A stretch of 63,962 bases of DNA, filler included, from Choristocarpus tenellus KU-1152 (lineage: Eukaryota; Protista; Phaeophyceae): NCBI GenBank assembly GCA_964200185.2. It is 9 parts of 9 records of this genome, joined end to end, with 100 filler letters (N's around TTAATTAATTAA, not from the genome) between each part and the next. Parts side by side here need not be neighbours in the genome. Positions count along the whole stretch, not along the records: positions 61,194 to 63,962 come from CAXNAD020024915.1; 8 more parts are not named here. One strand, given 5' to 3'. Position numbers and translations under genes: made by a program. The notes under the pieces are model-generated. The model made no database searches, was not told the DNA's origin, and saw only the letters and a list, made by a program, of their open reading frames with translations. Positions 61,094 through 63,962 of this stretch are shown here, piece by piece (within the stretch, counting starts at the first letter, position 1; every line of letters starts with the position of its first letter).

Positions 61094-63931
61094 NNNNNNN
61101 NNNNNNNNNNNNNNNNNNNNNNNNNNNNNNNNNNNNNTTAATTAATTAANNNNNNNNNNNNNNNNNNNNNNNNNNNNNNNNNNNNNNNNNNNNCAGGCAG
61201 TTTTTGTATCATATCAACAAGAAGCAAATGAGTATCCTATATTTTAACACCCCCCCCCCTGTTCTCCAGCATCAAGGTCGGTCGTGAGCAATAAAAAGGG
61301 TGGGTGGGTGGCAAAGATTGCTCGGAGGTTGCCTTGTTCTAACCATCCTTGTCCTGTCCCACCAACTGTCAAGTTTACCTTATGTTCTGTCTCATCCTTT
61401 CCTACCGTGTGCTTACACCTACCACCCATTTTTTAACTTCCCTCCTATATCTCTTCAGCATCCTAGCCACCCAGTACTTAACTCTTCGTCCACCTTTTCA
61501 TTATTTTCTTTTTACCCTAATCAGTACTCCACTTCCCATACCTCATGCCTCCCAGAATTCTCCCGCCCGCAAAACTCAGGTTACTTAATAAACTTCCACT
61601 TCTTCATGGGGGCTGCGAAAGTTATGTAACATTGAATTCCAAAAGGAGGAATATGTAACAAAAAAGCAATAATACGAAACAACAACTATCCTCGTACTAA
61701 ATGAATACGAACTATACCATGATCGTCCTGCAACATGCCCACCAGCCTGAAACATAGATCAATTTGTCAAGCGTTATCTTATAGCAGGAGATCGAAACAG
61801 GCTGAGACAAAAGAACATCACAACATCAATTAGCCTACCAAAGTTCTGGAATGACACAGGAAAAGCGCAAAACACTTTCATCACGTCCCATTAGAGTGTA
61901 CAATACCGACTAACTTCAGCAAAAGTGACAGACACAGCCTATAGATAAAATTTCAATGAATGGTACATATTCGAAGAAACAAAAAGGGCGAATATGTGAG
62001 AAAAGAGTGGACGAATTTCCCGTTTACGAAAATGTAAAAATATTGTGCAAACTACTGCCTCCATGCTATGTATGCTCCGCGTTGTCCATAACTTTTGAAG
62101 ATGATGAAATCATTTCTGAAAAAAGATTTGGAATCTTGACGAATTTCTGGTTTGGGTCAGCTCTTTTTATTATTATTACTCCCCATCCACCGCAGTTTTA
62201 TCAGCCACCGAAAAAGTCTCCATGTCTACCTTAGTGTGTTTTCAAGCTCACCAGACAACTGCCTCTTCCCTACCCCTGTGTGCTCCACACTGAAGTCATT
62301 CCCCCCTTTGAATCTAAGTACTTGATTGTACACCACAAATGGAGCTGCCAAGGCCTTTGAAGCGTGGTTTCTGTTAAAATATAGGCTACTCATCTGTTTG
62401 TTCCTTGATACGATACAGTTCCACCAGTCAACACTGACTGTTGATTGGTCTGTTACGCTCTGAACGTTACTCTCACAAGTTCATCATCACCACATCAATT
62501 ACCATCAGAACACCGTAGTACAGAACAATCGCTCTGTGTTCCACACTCAAGGATAGTATATGCCACTTGAGTTGCATCACATACTGGTTCAAGTTTGTAC
62601 TGTTGTTCCCTTGTTTGTTTTTCTTCACTCTTTCTTGTTTTTATCAGCAGAAGATGACAGTTGTACGTTGATCGTTGATTATTATTTATTTCGTGGTTGC
62701 TCTTGATCCTCACAATGCACCAAGTTCACTCTGCAATTAGTGCACCAGCTGCACACCTGGATATAATATAATCAGAGATAAAACCATCCGCGGAAACCCT
62801 TGTCAGCCAAGGTCACAAGCTTCTCCACAGAACATGGACTTCTGTCGTTGAGAGTATCTCATGAAAGAACACTGAATTCACATCACATCATTCTTGATTG
62901 AGAGTTCAATGACCCAGTTACAACAGAATAAATATATCAGCACTTTGCAGTACAATCACATCTATTCACAACACAGACTATGCATATTATTCATCGGTGC
63001 TTTGCAATACCATGATTCCTCATCGCTCGTAGTCTACGCATTTTGCTTACATGCACGATGCATTCGATTCAGGCTTCAACAGGTTATGAGCCTCAACACT
63101 TGATTGAAACATACAACAACACATTTGCCCCACCTTGTCTTGTACTTCCACCAACTACACCCTAGATAAACCCACTGTACCGCCATGGAACGCAAACTAA
63201 TACCACCTATTTCCTCTGGCGATGACTCCCCTGAAATGCGTTCGAGCTCTGCTTCATGAGTATCTGGAGTTGTGTGGCCCCTTCGGGCCCAGCGAGTTTT
63301 GATCCAGTGCGTTTTTCATATTTTCACCACTCCACTCCACCTACCATCTCACACAAAAAAATGACGACCAGCTGTTACGCGGTCTCGTTGCTACCTGCCA
63401 CGGACCTGTGCAAGACGTTCATGGACTCCAGCACGGGGGCAAACCTCACATCAACAATAGTCTGTCAGCATTGGTACACCCTGAAGTCTGCGTACGAAGC
63501 TGTGACAGAACAACTGTCAAGCATCCTGACCAGTGTCTCATGCGCCTCTGGAAGGCTAAACGCTGAGTCGGGAACCTCTCAGCCTTACTCTACTGTCTGA
63601 GCTCTCCACTGCAGCTACTGTCACCAACCTGGAAACCCCCTGCGCCAATTTCCAAACCGTCCACCTGTCCCCACCTGACCACCACCCGATGCCCCCACCC
63701 CACCACCGTTCCACGCCCCTGCCACACTCCCGACACCCAGTGTTCCTACCACATCACACACCCCTCTCACTGACACAGTATGCCGAGCACCACATCAACA
63801 CCCCCACCGCCTGCCCATCGCTCACCCACCACCTCCCCTTCCATCTACCACCAGTCACGACCAAGCACACACCCACAGTATAAGACACACCCACAACCGA
63901 CCTCACCACAATCATACCTCACCCTGGCTGC

Positions 63932-63962
63932 GGGTCAAAGTATCTGGGGGGGGGGGGTATCG
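63932..63962. mobile_element. MITE family B, terminal fragment
   Basis: GGGTCAAAGTATCTGGGGG at the window end. Confidence 0.7.

Noticed and set aside
63256-63600. 114-aa ORF as a possible exon
   Set aside because: No recognisable motif, partner exon or clear splice pair

Overview
Eukaryotic, intron-rich, transposon-dense DNA, probably from a brown alga or close stramenopile relative (inferred from gene structure and TE proteins). It is not one locus: nine contigs are joined by eight artificial 100-bp linkers (N44-TTAATTAATTAA-N44). Host genes: (1) part of a spliced K+ channel gene (minus, 17137-30691) with a GYGD filter, C-linker and cyclic-nucleotide-binding-like domain, followed by the start of a second voltage-sensor module; (2) a complete 5-exon CMS1/CMSS1 gene (49075-51820); (3) a scrambled, partly inverted purK/ADE2 pseudogene (39.5-43.6 kb) that includes a fold-back hairpin. 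The rest is mostly TEs: chromodomain Ty3/gypsy and Ty1/copia relics, two internally deleted LTR elements with target-site duplications (TSDs), a DDE transposase relic, a REL-endonuclease non-LTR fragment, a Stowaway-like fold-back element, and about 20 MITE copies in three families sharing one terminal motif. Best leads: a ~177-bp fragment resembling a bacterial two-gene junction captured inside a MITE; the unclassified MITE group with bipartite TIRs and 3- or 4-bp TSDs; an LTR insertion splitting a ~216-bp purK/CMS1 head-to-head promoter; and the purK hairpin. All assignments come from reading motifs by eye, without database searches.
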